Below are positions 7,793 to 18,084 of a DNA stretch of 63,610 bases, in pieces (within the stretch, counting starts at the first letter, position 1; each line of letters starts with the position of its first letter). The position numbers and the translations under genes are program-made. The stretch spans positions 1-63,610 of the forward strand of contig JACPRA010000039.1 of NCBI GenBank assembly GCA_016190215.1, written 5' to 3'. This stretch comes from Candidatus Omnitrophota bacterium. GTDB taxonomy: Bacteria > Omnitrophota > Gorgyraeia > Aquiviventales > Aquiviventaceae. The notes under the pieces were generated by a model. The model was not told where the DNA came from, ran no database searches, and saw only the letters and a list, made by a program, of their open reading frames with translations.

Positions 7793-9001
7793 TCAGTGTG
7801 ACTGTTGTGAACAGGCTTCCGCTGGAACACCACCCAGCCGCGCCGCTCCCTGAGGCGCCGTCCACGGGCGCGATGCCCGCGGCTCCGGCGCGGCCGACTG
7901 GCCGCCCTCCCAGGCCCGCCGTCCATGCCGGCTGGCGTGGATGATCAAGCTGCAGGCGATCAGGCTGCTGACGATGGACGTCCCGCCGTACGACACCAGC
8001 GGCAGAGGCAAGCCCTTGGTGGGCATCAGGCCGGTCACCACGGCCATATGGACGACGGCCTGCAGGCCGATCAGCCCCACGCAGCCGCAGATGAGATACC
8101 GGCTGAAGGGGTCCTCCGCCGCGTGCGCCATGCGCACGCCGCAACTAACGAACAGCGCGAAGAGGCCCAACACCACCGTCGTGCCGACCAGCCCCATCTC
8201 TTCGCCGATGATCGCGAAAATAAAATCGGTGTGCGCCCCCGGCAGGTAAAACAGCTTTTGGACCGACATCCCCAGCCCGCTGCCCCACACGCCGCCCCGG
8301 CCCATCGCGAAAAACGACTGCAAAATTTGAAATCCCACGCCCTGCGGATCCTGCCAGGGATTCAAAAACGCCAGGATTCTCCGCCGGCGATAGGCTTCGC
8401 CCGCCACCAGCAGCACGAGCACCGGCATCGCGGCCGCCAAGGTCAGGCCCAAATGCGACCACGTGGCCCGGGCCACGACCAGCATGATGACCGCGACCGC
8501 GCCCAGGGCGGTGGCGGTGCCCAAATCCGGCTGGAGCAGGATCAGACCGGCCATTAGCCCGGCCACCAGCATCGGCGGCAAGAACCCCCGCCGGAACTCC
8601 TGCAGTTGTTCCTGCCGGCGCGCCAGGAAATCCGCGAGATACACGATCAACGCGAGCTTGGCGAATTCCGAGGGCTGCACGCTCAAGCGGCCGAGCCGGA
8701 ACCAGCGCTGCGCCCCGCCGACTTCCCGGCCAAAGAGCAGCACGGCAACGAGGGCGACGACGCTGATCAGCACCATCGGCTTGGCCATCCGCCGCAGCGT
8801 GGCATACGGCACGGCCAGGCAGGCCAGCGCGCACCCCAATCCCAGGACAATGGCGACGAGGTGGTTCGCCAGGAACTGCCACGTATTGCCGTACGTGGCG
8901 TCCGCCATCATCGCCGTCGTGGAGTAGACCGCCACGCACCCCACGCCCAACAGAGCGGCGATGATCGCGGCCAAGACGCGTCGCAACTCGCGGTCCGTCA
9001 T
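7793..9001 (-). CDS. ftsW: FtsW (SEDS-family peptidoglycan polymerase / lipid II flippase)
   Basis: Multi-TM protein with RWFRLG..SVQPSEFAKLALIVYLA and LPLVSYGGTSIV. ATG at 8999-9001 overlaps the murD stop (ATGA). Confidence 0.9.
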   Translation of the reverse strand: MTDRELRRVLAAIIAALLGVGCVAVYSTTAMMADATYGNTWQFLANHLVAIVLGLGCALACLAVPYATLRRMAKPMVLISVVALVAVLLFGREVGGAQRWFRLGRLSVQPSEFAKLALIVYLADFLARRQEQLQEFRRGFLPPMLVAGLMAGLILLQPDLGTATALGAVAVIMLVVARATWSHLGLTLAAAMPVLVLLVAGEAYRRRRILAFLNPWQDPQGVGFQILQSFFAMGRGGVWGSGLGMSVQKLFYLPGAHTDFIFAIIGEEMGLVGTTVVLGLFALFVSCGVRMAHAAEDPFSRYLICGCVGLIGLQAVVHMAVVTGLMPTKGLPLPLVSYGGTSIVSSLIACSLIIHASRHGRRAWEGGQSAAPEPRASRPWTAPQGAARLGGVPAEACSQQSH

Positions 9002-10425
9002 GAGCTGTGGGCGCGCCGCTCCAATTGCCGGACCATCTGCTTGAAGGCGCGGCCCCGCTCCTGAAAATTGGCGAACATGTCGAAGCTGGCGCAGGCGGGC
9101 GAAAACAGCAGCGTGTCCCCGGCATGGCACAAGCCCATGGCGGCGCTGACGGCCTGCTCCAGCGTCGCGCACTCCTCCACAGGGGCGCTGCCGCCAAGCA
9201 GTTGCCGCAGCCGGTGGCGCACTTCACCGATCAGCACCACCCCGCGCACCCGCTCCTGCGCGATCGCGTCCGGCAGCAGGCGGAAATCCATGCCTTTGTC
9301 TTTTCCGCCCAAGATCAGCACCACCGGGCCCGCGCAGCGCTCCAAGGCGTAGAGGAAACTGTCCGGCGTCGTGGATTTGGCGTCGTTGACGACGTGCACG
9401 CCGCGAATGGTGGCCACGCGTTCCAACCGGTGCTCCAGCCCGCGGAACTGGCGGATCGCCTGGTAGGTCAGCGGATCGGGCAGGCCGAGCGCCCGGCCGG
9501 TCTGCAGGACCGCCTGCGCCGCCAACGGCAAGGCGCGGCAGGTCGCCGGGTCCAACCGAAACCGGCCGGCCTGCTCCGGTCCGCACCGGGGCCCGTACCA
9601 GATCTGCCGGGCCGCCACCCGCGCGCCGATGCGGGCCACCACCGGGTCCTCGCCGTTCAACACGGCGCGGTCGTCCGGACGCATCTGCCGGAACAGCCGC
9701 GCCTTTGCGTCCACATAGTTCGCAAAATCTCCATGCCAGTCCACGTGGTTGGTGCCGACGTTCAAGAACGCGCCGATGGCGGGCCGGAATTCATCGCACC
9801 AGACCAATTGGAATGAGCTGACCTCCACCACCGCCACCGCGCTGGGCGGCAACCCTGGGGCCACCTCGGAGAACGGCGTGCCCAGGTTGCCGCAGGCCGT
9901 GGCCTCGCGGCGGGCCGTCTGGAGGGCGTGCTGAATCATCGTCACCACCGAGCTTTTCCCGTTGGTGCCGGTCACCGCCACGATCTCCGCGCGGCAAAAC
10001 TGAAACGCCAACTCAATCTCGCTGATGATCGGCACGCGCCGCGCCGTCGCCCAGGCCACCGGTGCAGCCGCCGGAGGAATGCCGGGGCTGATGACGACCA
10101 GATCGCACCCCTCGAGCATGTCGGCATGGTGCCCGCCGAGCTCCACCGCTTCGACCCCGTCGGCCAACAGCCCCTGGGCCGCCTGTGACAGCGCCTCCCC
10201 GGCGCCGCGCTCCGACACGCGCACCCGGCAGCCGGCCCGGCACAGCAGCCGCGCGGCCGCCAGGCCGCTTTTCCCCAATCCCAGGACGGTGACGCGGCGG
10301 CCGGCCCAGCTCAACCCGCGCCGGTCGCGCAGAACGTCGGAGGAGCTCTTCGGCTGCTCCCAGGAAGGCATGGTCCCCGGCAACACCAGAGACGACGAGG
10401 GAGCAGCCGCAGCGACCGGCGTCAT
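8998..10425 (-). CDS. murD: UDP-N-acetylmuramoylalanine--D-glutamate ligase
   Basis: VTVLGLGKSGLAAARLL, VTGTNGKSS, NDAKSTTPDS. ATG overlaps the mraY stop (ATGA). Confidence 0.9.
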   Translation of the reverse strand: MTPVAAAAPSSSLVLPGTMPSWEQPKSSSDVLRDRRGLSWAGRRVTVLGLGKSGLAAARLLCRAGCRVRVSERGAGEALSQAAQGLLADGVEAVELGGHHADMLEGCDLVVISPGIPPAAAPVAWATARRVPIISEIELAFQFCRAEIVAVTGTNGKSSVVTMIQHALQTARREATACGNLGTPFSEVAPGLPPSAVAVVEVSSFQLVWCDEFRPAIGAFLNVGTNHVDWHGDFANYVDAKARLFRQMRPDDRAVLNGEDPVVARIGARVAARQIWYGPRCGPEQAGRFRLDPATCRALPLAAQAVLQTGRALGLPDPLTYQAIRQFRGLEHRLERVATIRGVHVVNDAKSTTPDSFLYALERCAGPVVLILGGKDKGMDFRLLPDAIAQERVRGVVLIGEVRHRLRQLLGGSAPVEECATLEQAVSAAMGLCHAGDTLLFSPACASFDMFANFQERGRAFKQMVRQLERRAHSS

Positions 10426-11429
10426 GGCAGTCTCATCGCCGACAAGGCCAGGGCGGCCAATAGCGCGCTGATGACCCACAACCGCACGACCAGCTTGGGC
10501 TCCGCCACCCCGCCGAGCTGAAAATGATGATGCAGCGGCGCGACGCGGAACACGCGCCGCTTGTTGCGAAACCGGTAGGAGGCCACCTGCAGGATCACGG
10601 AGCCGGCTTCGGCGACGAAGACCCCGCCGAGCAGCACGAGGACCAGCGCCGCATGGCCTAGGAGGGCGAGCATGCCCAGCGCCCCGCCCAACCCCAGCGC
10701 CCCCACATCGCCGAGAAACACGGACGCCGGAAACCCGTTAAACCAGAGAAATCCCGCGCACGCGCCGGCCAGACTCGCCGCCCAAATCCCCCTCACCCGC
10801 TCCGGGCCCATCGGATCCTGCGTCCCGCTGAACACGGCGGCCAATCCCAGCGCCGCGAACGCGATCGCCAGGCAGCCGCCGGCCAGGCCGTCCATGCCGT
10901 CCGTCAAATTGACCGCGTGCGCCGAGCCGGCGACGACCACCATCGCCAACGGAATCCACCAGATGCCGGCATCCACCCGGGCGGCCATCCACGGCACGTC
11001 AATCTGCCGGTAGCCCAGCGCCGGATTGGAGAGGAGCCAGCCCATGACACCCCCGATGCCCAACGCGGCGAGAAGCTTCGGCCGGCAGCGCAGGCCGCGG
11101 GCATTCGGGCTGCTGAATTTCACCAGATCATCCACCGCGCCGATCAGCCCGAGCCCCAGCATGGTCACCAAGACCATGCGGCCCTCGGGGCGGGCGAGCG
11201 CCCCGGACCAGGCCGCCACCGCCGACGCCACGCCCAGCACCAAAAGCCCGCCCATCGTCGGCGTGCCCTGCTTGGGCTGCTGATGGGGCTGCAGCGGCGG
11301 GCAATCGTCATACCGCGTCGGCTGGATCCATCCCTGGCGCGCCATCCAGCGGATCGCGCGCCCTCCAAGGACGAGGGTGGCGATCAGGCTGGCCAGCCCG
11401 GCCCACACGATGTGGTCAATGCGTCCCAT
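10422..11429 (-). CDS. mraY: phospho-N-acetylmuramoyl-pentapeptide transferase
   Basis: PTMGGLLVL, VDDLVKF, NLTDGMDGLA, APLHHHFQL. Confidence 0.95.
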   Translation of the reverse strand: MGRIDHIVWAGLASLIATLVLGGRAIRWMARQGWIQPTRYDDCPPLQPHQQPKQGTPTMGGLLVLGVASAVAAWSGALARPEGRMVLVTMLGLGLIGAVDDLVKFSSPNARGLRCRPKLLAALGIGGVMGWLLSNPALGYRQIDVPWMAARVDAGIWWIPLAMVVVAGSAHAVNLTDGMDGLAGGCLAIAFAALGLAAVFSGTQDPMGPERVRGIWAASLAGACAGFLWFNGFPASVFLGDVGALGLGGALGMLALLGHAALVLVLLGGVFVAEAGSVILQVASYRFRNKRRVFRVAPLHHHFQLGGVAEPKLVVRLWVISALLAALALSAMRLP

Positions 11430-12822
11430 GGCCGTTTCGTCCTTGGCACAGCCACTCGGTCACCTGCTCCAGGCGCGCGCCCCGCGATCCCTTGATGAGC
11501 ACGCCGTCGCCCGGCCGGATCAGCGTCGAGAGCATCGGCAGCAGCTCCGACACGTCGGCCGCCGCCACCAGGCGCGCCGGGGCGGAAGGCGACGCGGCCG
11601 CGCCGTCGAGGATCGCCTGCGCGAACGCCCCCACGCCGATCAGCAGCCCGCAGCCGGATGTCGCGGCCAGCTCGCCGATGGACCGGTGCGCGCCCACGGC
11701 GTGCGCGCCCAGCTCGAGCATGTCGCCGGCGATCACCACCTTGCGCTGAGCCTCCACGTCCTGCAGGATTTCCAACGCCCGCGCGAACGAGAGCGGGTTG
11801 GCGTTGTAGCAGTCGTTCACGATCGTCACGTCCCCGCAGCGGAAGACTTCGGAGCGCATCGGCAGCCCGGCGAAGCGGCTGAGCGGCTCTTGCACGGATT
11901 CCAGGGGCACGCCGAGGGCGGACACGCATGCCAGCGCCGCGAGGGCGTTTTCCACGTTATGCGATCCTGGCAGCGACATGACGAACTCGCCGGCCACACC
12001 CCGCAGCCGCAGCGACCAGCCCTCCGGACGCTTGCGAATCGCCACCGCCTGCACGTCGCACCGCTCGGTGCTGCCAAACGTTACCACCCGCGCGCCCTCC
12101 GGCAGGCGCGCCTGGGCCTGCAGCAGCACGTCCAATTGGTCTCCCGGCAGCACGGCGGTCCCGCCCGGCGGCAGCGCCGACAGCAGCGACAGCTTCTCGC
12201 GGAAAATGGCCTCGATCGATCCGAAGAATTCCAGATGGGCCGGCCCCACGTTGGTGATCACCGCCATCGTCGGCGAGGCCAATCCCGCCAGATAGGCGAT
12301 TTCCCCGCTGTGGTTCGATCCAAGCTCCACCACCGCCATCTCATGCGCGGCGGACAATTGCAGCAGCGTCAGCGGCACGCCGATGTGATTGTTCTGCGTG
12401 CCGGCCGTCTTGAGCACCCGGTGTTGGTGGCTGAGCAGATGCGCGAGCAATTCCTTCGTGGTGGTTTTGCCGCAGGAGCCGGTGACGGCCACCACCGGCA
12501 GCGCGAACCGTCGCCGGTGCGCGGCGGCCAGCCGGCCCAAGGCGCGGGTGGTGTCCTCAACCTGGATCGTCGGCACCGAGACGAGCTGCTCCAGCGCGCG
12601 GGAGACCACCAGGCACGCGGCCCCCCGGCCCACCGCTTCGGGAATGAACGCGTGCGCGTCCAGCCGCCGGCCGGTGAGCGCGACGAACGCTTCGCCGGGA
12701 TTGACGCGGCGGGAATCCAGCGCGATCCGCTCCACCGGGATGCGCCGCAGCGTCTCCGGGGCGAGGGCCTGCTCCATCAGCCGCCCCTCCACGGCTTCCA
12801 AGATGCCCGCGACTGTCCACAT
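11416..12822 (-). CDS. murF: UDP-MurNAc-tripeptide--D-alanyl-D-alanine ligase
   Basis: AVTGSCGKTTTKE, NNHIGVPLTLL, VNDCYNANPLS. Confidence 0.9.
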   Translation of the reverse strand: MWTVAGILEAVEGRLMEQALAPETLRRIPVERIALDSRRVNPGEAFVALTGRRLDAHAFIPEAVGRGAACLVVSRALEQLVSVPTIQVEDTTRALGRLAAAHRRRFALPVVAVTGSCGKTTTKELLAHLLSHQHRVLKTAGTQNNHIGVPLTLLQLSAAHEMAVVELGSNHSGEIAYLAGLASPTMAVITNVGPAHLEFFGSIEAIFREKLSLLSALPPGGTAVLPGDQLDVLLQAQARLPEGARVVTFGSTERCDVQAVAIRKRPEGWSLRLRGVAGEFVMSLPGSHNVENALAALACVSALGVPLESVQEPLSRFAGLPMRSEVFRCGDVTIVNDCYNANPLSFARALEILQDVEAQRKVVIAGDMLELGAHAVGAHRSIGELAATSGCGLLIGVGAFAQAILDGAAASPSAPARLVAAADVSELLPMLSTLIRPGDGVLIKGSRGARLEQVTEWLCQGRNGHGTH

Positions 12823-12827
12823 GGCGT

Positions 12828-14375
12828 TTACGCCACCGCCTTCGTGTGCGAGAAAAACCGTTCCATGACGCCGCGGTCGGAAAACGGCACCGTCACGTGC
12901 TCAAAAATCTGCTGCGCTTCGTGGCCCTTCCCCGCCACGAGGACCGCATCCTCCGGCCGCACCATCGCCAGGGCGGCCAGGATGGCCTGCTCGCGGTCCG
13001 CCTGGACCTGGTAGCGCGCGAACCCCGGCGCCAGGCCGCCGCGAATCTGCTCAATGATCGCCGCCGGGTCTTCGCTGCGCGGGTTGTCCGACGTGAGCAC
13101 CACGTGATCCGCCAGCAGGCTGGCGACCCGGCCCATGGCCGGCCGCTTGCTCTGATCGCGATCGCCGCCGCACCCGAACACCACGATCACCCGCCCGCGC
13201 ACCAGATCCCGCAGCGTCAGGAGGGCCAGCCGCAGCGCATCCGCCGTGTGCGCGAAATCCACCACCGCATGCACGCCCGCGTCGTTGGGGATGCGCTCCA
13301 GCCGTCCCGGCACCTGTGGGAACGCCTCGACGGCCCGCTGCACGGTTTCGGGCGGCACGCCCAGCGCCAGCGACGCCGCGCACGCCCCGGCGACGTTCAT
13401 CGCGTTATGCCGGCCCAGCAGCGGCGAATGTATCGGCAGCAGCCCCCACGGCGTGCGCAGCACCACGCGCGTGCCGGCCCAGGTGCACTCGGCCTGCTCG
13501 ATGCCGACGTCCACCGAGGGATCCACACCGTAGGAGAGCACGCGACTCGTACCCGCGCCGATCGGCGCCGGGCCGGCGCGCCATGCCGAGCGTAACGCCT
13601 CAAGGAGGATCCGCCCATAGGCGTCGTCGCCGTTGACGACGGCGTATCCGCCGGGCTTGACGTACGAGAAGATGCGGCGCTTGGCCTCCGCGTACCGCTC
13701 CAGCGTCTGGTGGTAATCCAAATGGTCGGAGCCGAGGCAGGTGAAGATCGCCGCGTCGAATTGGAGCCCGTCAATGCGCCCTTGGTCCAGCGCGTGCGAG
13801 GACACTTCCATGACGCACCATCCCAGGCCTTGGCGGACCATCTGCGCCAGGAAGCGCTGCAGGTCCATCGCGCCGGGCGTGGTGTTGCCGGAGGGCAGGC
13901 GCCGCGCGCCGATCTCATAGGCCACCGTGCCGAGGAGCCCGGCCGGCTGCCCGGCAGCCTGCAGGATCGCGCGCAGGAGATAGACGGTCGTCGTTTTTCC
14001 ACACGTGCCCGTCACCCCGACGGTGCGCAGCCGTTTCGCCGGCTCGCCGAACCAGCGCGCCGCGATGGTCGGCAGCAGACGCTTGGTGTCGTCCACCGTC
14101 ACCAGCGGGCACGGCATCGGCCACGCGGGAGCCTGCTCGGCCACCACGGCGGCCGCGCCCCGGCCCACAGCCTCCTGGATGAAGGCATGGCCGTCCTGGG
14201 AGGCGCCGCGCACGGCGACAAACACTTCCCCGGGCCGCAACTGCTTGGAATGGCAGGTCAGCCCGGCGACGGACACGGAGGGCACCGGTCCCGGAGCCAA
14301 ATCGTGCAAGAGTTGGCGAAGGTTCATTTCACGCGGTTCTTCAAGCTGATCGAACGATTCCTGTGAATCGCTCAC
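12828..14375 (-). CDS. murE: UDP-MurNAc-L-Ala-D-Glu--2,6-diaminopimelate ligase
   Basis: GVTGTCGKTTT, VMEVSSHALDQGR, DFAHTADAL, FGCGGDRD..KRP. GTG at 14375; an alternative ATG at 14327 (MNLRQLL). Confidence 0.9.
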   Translation of the reverse strand: MSDSQESFDQLEEPREMNLRQLLHDLAPGPVPSVSVAGLTCHSKQLRPGEVFVAVRGASQDGHAFIQEAVGRGAAAVVAEQAPAWPMPCPLVTVDDTKRLLPTIAARWFGEPAKRLRTVGVTGTCGKTTTVYLLRAILQAAGQPAGLLGTVAYEIGARRLPSGNTTPGAMDLQRFLAQMVRQGLGWCVMEVSSHALDQGRIDGLQFDAAIFTCLGSDHLDYHQTLERYAEAKRRIFSYVKPGGYAVVNGDDAYGRILLEALRSAWRAGPAPIGAGTSRVLSYGVDPSVDVGIEQAECTWAGTRVVLRTPWGLLPIHSPLLGRHNAMNVAGACAASLALGVPPETVQRAVEAFPQVPGRLERIPNDAGVHAVVDFAHTADALRLALLTLRDLVRGRVIVVFGCGGDRDQSKRPAMGRVASLLADHVVLTSDNPRSEDPAAIIEQIRGGLAPGFARYQVQADREQAILAALAMVRPEDAVLVAGKGHEAQQIFEHVTVPFSDRGVMERFFSHTKAVA

Positions 14376-14388
14376 GCGGTCCTCTCGG

Positions 14389-16143
14389 TTAGGGCGCTCG
14401 CGCCAAGACCGGGGCCGGCTTCAAGCCCCAGTAGGAGGCCAACGATTCCACCACCCGGCGGAACACCGGCGCGGCCACGACACCGCCGAAGTACAGCGGG
14501 CGGGGCTCGTCAATGGTCACCACGACGACGAACTTGGCGCCCTCGGCTGCCGGCGCGGCCTCCGGCACCGGCCCGTAGCCGATGAACGACGCGACAAACT
14601 TGCTGTGGGAGTAGCGGCCGTTGGGCTCGAGTTTCTGCGCCGTGCCGGTTTTCCCGCCCACCGCGAGGCCCGGCACTTTGGCGAGCTGGCCGGTGCCGGA
14701 TTCCACGACGCTGGAGAGCATGGGATGCAGCGCAGCCGCCGTCTCGGGCTTCAGCAGCCGCTCCGGTTTTCCGGCCCGGTGCGCGCGGATCACGCGGCCG
14801 TCCGGCGCTTCCACGCGCTCGATAAGATAGGGGTGGACCGTGAGGCCGCCGTTGGCGATCACCGACATCATGACGGCCAATTGGATCGGCGTGACGGCGA
14901 TTTCCTGGCCGATGGGAATGATGAACGGCGAGAGCTTCGACCAGCGCGCCGGCTTCGGCACGATGCCGCTGACCTCGCCGGGCAGCTCGATGCCTGTCTT
15001 GCTCCCGAAGCCGAACGCCCGGATGTACCGGTAGAGCTCGTCCGGCTTCAGCCGCGAGGCTGCCTTGGCCGTGCCGATGTTGGAGGACATGGCGATCACA
15101 TCGTGGAAAGACAGCCAGCCGTGCGGCCGGTGGTCATGCAGCACGTGGCGGCCGATGGTGGGATACTTGCCGTTCTCGCAGAAAAATTGCTCGGAGGGCT
15201 CGACACGGCCTTCTTCCAGCAGCGCGGCGGCGGTCACGACTTTAAAGACGCTGCCGGGCTCGGCCAAGTCGGTGATCGCGCGGTTGCGCCGAGCCTCGGT
15301 TTTCGCCCGGCCGGCCGCGTGGGGGTCGAACGTGGGGCGGGTCGCCATCGCCAGGATCGCGCCGGTGTCCGGGTCCATCACGATCACGGAGCCGCCCTTG
15401 GCGTGGAACTTTTCGACGCCGAAGCTCAGCGCGTCTTCCGCGATCCCCTGCACCACGCTATCCACCGTCAGCACGACGCTGGAGCCGGGGGCCGCCTCCC
15501 GCTGCACCGTCCACGGGCCGATGAGCAGATCGCCTTTGGCGTCCCGCAGCGTTTCAAAGGCGCCGGGATGCCCCTGCAACGCGCCGTCCAGCGCCAGCTC
15601 CAGCCCTTCCAAACCATACTGGTCAATGTCCACATGGCCCAGCACGTGGCTGGCGAGGCGCCCGTTCGGGTAGACCCGCTGGACTTCCTCCACGACGCCG
15701 ATGCCCTCCGACCGCAGCATCGCCAGCTTCGGCAGCAGCGCCGGATCCACGTGGCGCGCCAGCCAGACAAACCCTTTCCGGCGGGCCAACCGGCGCGCCA
15801 CCAGCGGCTTGGGCTGCCCCAGGAGCGAAGCCATATCTGAAGCAAGGCGGGTGGATGTGACCTGGCGGGGATTGCCGAACACCGAGGGCACGCGCACGCT
15901 CATGGCCAGGATGCGGCCGGTCCGATCATACACCGTGCCCCGCGGCGCCGGGACCGCGCGCGACACCCAATGCTGGGCCGCCGCCCGCCGGGAGAGCTCA
16001 CCGGATTGAATGACTTGCAACCAGAGGCACCGGACCCACAACACGCCCAGCAGCGCCAGGAATCCCGCATAGACGATCAAGAGCCGCCGGCTCGTTTCCG
16101 CCCGGCCCAACGGCGCCACGCGCTCGAGTCCCCATGCCGGCAT
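14389..16143 (-). CDS. ftsI: penicillin-binding protein, FtsI-type transpeptidase
   Basis: N-terminal TM helix, PBP dimerisation region, EPGSVFKV (SxxK), SSN and GKTGTA (KTG) motifs. Confidence 0.9.
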   Translation of the reverse strand: MPAWGLERVAPLGRAETSRRLLIVYAGFLALLGVLWVRCLWLQVIQSGELSRRAAAQHWVSRAVPAPRGTVYDRTGRILAMSVRVPSVFGNPRQVTSTRLASDMASLLGQPKPLVARRLARRKGFVWLARHVDPALLPKLAMLRSEGIGVVEEVQRVYPNGRLASHVLGHVDIDQYGLEGLELALDGALQGHPGAFETLRDAKGDLLIGPWTVQREAAPGSSVVLTVDSVVQGIAEDALSFGVEKFHAKGGSVIVMDPDTGAILAMATRPTFDPHAAGRAKTEARRNRAITDLAEPGSVFKVVTAAALLEEGRVEPSEQFFCENGKYPTIGRHVLHDHRPHGWLSFHDVIAMSSNIGTAKAASRLKPDELYRYIRAFGFGSKTGIELPGEVSGIVPKPARWSKLSPFIIPIGQEIAVTPIQLAVMMSVIANGGLTVHPYLIERVEAPDGRVIRAHRAGKPERLLKPETAAALHPMLSSVVESGTGQLAKVPGLAVGGKTGTAQKLEPNGRYSHSKFVASFIGYGPVPEAAPAAEGAKFVVVVTIDEPRPLYFGGVVAAPVFRRVVESLASYWGLKPAPVLARAP

Positions 16144-16451
16144 CAACGGTCGTCAGGCTCCGCCTGGGCCACCCGCATCCGCGCCGGCGCGTTCGGGAGC
16201 TCAGACCATGCCACCAATTTGTCCTGGTCGCGCCGGTTTCGCATCATGCCCGCCAGCCGGGTCGGCGAATGGAGCGACAGCACGTCGGCGTGCAGCCAGG
16301 CGGTTTCATTTTCCAGCGCATGCAGCCGTTGGACATCGGCGCCCACGCGGTACGCCGCCCGCCAGACTGCCGTTTGCTGGGCCACGCGCAGCATCCCGAC
16401 AGCCACGAGGATGCCGAGGACGAACAGCCAACGCCGCAGCTTCACGGTCAT
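16143..16451 (-). CDS. ftsL: FtsL-like cell division protein
   Basis: About 100 aa, one TM helix followed by a coiled-coil-like segment, sits between rsmH and ftsI with 4-nt overlaps on both sides. Confidence 0.6.
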   Translation of the reverse strand: MTVKLRRWLFVLGILVAVGMLRVAQQTAVWRAAYRVGADVQRLHALENETAWLHADVLSLHSPTRLAGMMRNRRDQDKLVAWSELPNAPARMRVAQAEPDDR

Positions 16452-17395
16452 GCCAGCCGCTCCACCGCGCGCAACCGGGCCGAGCGGCTTCGGGGATGCT
16501 CCGCGATCTCCTGTTCAGACGCGCGCTGCGGCTTGCGGGTCAGCACGCGGTACACGCCCTCCCGGCCGCCGCGCTGAAACGCCTGCTTGACCGCGCGGTC
16601 CTCCAGCGAATGGAACGCGATGATGGCGGCGCGCCCGCCGGGGGCCAGCACGTCGGGCAGCGCGCGCAGTAACGCCTCCAGGGAGGATAATTCATCGTTG
16701 ACCGCGATGCGCAGCGCCTGGAAGGTCCGGGTGGCGGGATGGATCCGCTGCCCGTGCCCGCGGCCGCCCGGCACCGCCTCCGCCACGAGCTGCGCGAGCT
16801 GCGCGGTGGTGCGGATCGGCTCGCGCCGTCGGGACTCGACGATCCGGCGCGCAATGCGCCGCGCCCAGCGCTCTTCCCCCTGGCTGAAGAGCAGCTCCGC
16901 CAGGTCCCGCTCCGGCCAGCGCGACACGATCTCTTGGGCCGTCAGCGGCTGCGCGGGATCCATGCGCATGTCCAACGGACCCTCCCGCAGGAAACTGAAT
17001 CCCCGCTCCGGCGTATCCACCTGGAAGCTCGACATGCCCAGGTCGGCCAGGACGCCGTGGACGCGCGCGAGGCCAAGGGACGACAGCGTGTGGGGCAGGT
17101 CGCGGAAGTTGGCGTGCACGAATTCGACGTGCGGGGCGAATTCCGCCAGGCGGGTCCGAGCGAGGTCGAGCGCCTGCGGGTCCGCGTCGAGACCAATAAG
17201 TCGTCCAGCCTCCATCAGGCGCGGCAGGAGGGCCAACGCGTGGCCGCCGAGTCCGAGGGTGCAATCCACGATCACCTGGCCGGGCTGCGGGGCGAGCAGC
17301 TCCACCACGGCCTCCCGCAGGACGGGATGATGACGCGGCGCGTCATCGTTGGAGCGGAACGCAGAGATCGGCGGTTCCATCTCACACAGCTGCAT
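16448..17395 (-). CDS. rsmH: 16S rRNA (cytosine1402-N4)-methyltransferase
   Basis: HHPVLREAVVELL, DCTLGLGGH, LADLGMSSFQ, SLEDRAVK. Confidence 0.95.
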   Translation of the reverse strand: MQLCEMEPPISAFRSNDDAPRHHPVLREAVVELLAPQPGQVIVDCTLGLGGHALALLPRLMEAGRLIGLDADPQALDLARTRLAEFAPHVEFVHANFRDLPHTLSSLGLARVHGVLADLGMSSFQVDTPERGFSFLREGPLDMRMDPAQPLTAQEIVSRWPERDLAELLFSQGEERWARRIARRIVESRRREPIRTTAQLAQLVAEAVPGGRGHGQRIHPATRTFQALRIAVNDELSSLEALLRALPDVLAPGGRAAIIAFHSLEDRAVKQAFQRGGREGVYRVLTRKPQRASEQEIAEHPRSRSARLRAVERLA

Positions 17396-17468
17396 TACGT
17401 CCGTCGGGTCGTCACCGGCATCGCCGGTTGATCACACGTCGTGTTGGACGGTCTGCCCGGCTTGCGGA

Positions 17469-17906
17469 CTAGTCCAACAGCACGCGTTCTGCCAGGTCTT
17501 CAAAACTTGCTCGCGAGGTCTCGTAAAATTCCCGCCATCGGGCTTTGGCCCAAATCTCCAGGCGGCTGGACACCCCGACGATCACCACGTCTTGCTTGAT
17601 CTGCGCAAACTCTTGAAGGTGCTTGGGAATCAGGAGGCGGCCGAGGCGGTCCAACTGGATTTCCACCGCCCCGGAAAAGAACAATCGGTTGAACTTGCGG
17701 CTCTCGGACTTGGTAAACGAGACATCCTTGAACCGGGCTTCCGCCGAGCGCCATTCCGGCTCGCCGAAGACGAACAAACAGCCGTCCAATCCGCGCGTCA
17801 GAAAGACCGTCTCGACGTGCTGCGCTTCGAACCCTTGGCGCAGCTTGGCCGGAATGATGATCCGGCCTTTCGGATCCATGGCATGCTCGTATTCCCCGTA
17901 AAACAT
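17469..17906 (-). CDS. mraZ: transcriptional regulator MraZ
   Basis: MFYGEYEHAMDPKGRIIIPAKLR plus a second DRLGRLLIPKHL repeat (duplicated SpoVT/AbrB fold); start taken at the internal ATG. Confidence 0.9.
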   Translation of the reverse strand: MFYGEYEHAMDPKGRIIIPAKLRQGFEAQHVETVFLTRGLDGCLFVFGEPEWRSAEARFKDVSFTKSESRKFNRLFFSGAVEIQLDRLGRLLIPKHLQEFAQIKQDVVIVGVSSRLEIWAKARWREFYETSRASFEDLAERVLLD

Positions 17907-17951
17907 TCGTCCTCGCAGGGGTAGCTCACCGCGCGCAATTCCGGTGAGAAA

Positions 17952-17975
17952 CCACTTCTTTCCACTTCTCACCAC
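17952..17975 (-). promoter_or_regulatory. candidate MraZ operator: three GTGG direct repeats at 10-nt spacing
   Basis: Minus strand reads ctGTGGtgagaaGTGGaaagaaGTGGttt, between the predicted -10 box and mraZ. Confidence 0.5.
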
Positions 17976-17987
17976 AGGATGTTTCAA

Positions 17988-18016
17988 ACTATATCGTGTC
18001 CCCCCACCAGTGTCAA
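17988..18016 (-). promoter_or_regulatory. dcw cluster promoter (Pmra-like), TTGACA-17-TATAGT
   Basis: Minus strand reads ttgaca ctggtgggggggacacga tatagt, preceded by an A-tract; about 80 nt upstream of the mraZ ATG. Confidence 0.7.
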
Positions 18017-18084
18017 GGGTGGAAATGATTTTTTTTACGCAACTCTAAGTTTTTCTAGGGGGTATTTGAGATCGGGAGGGCTGT

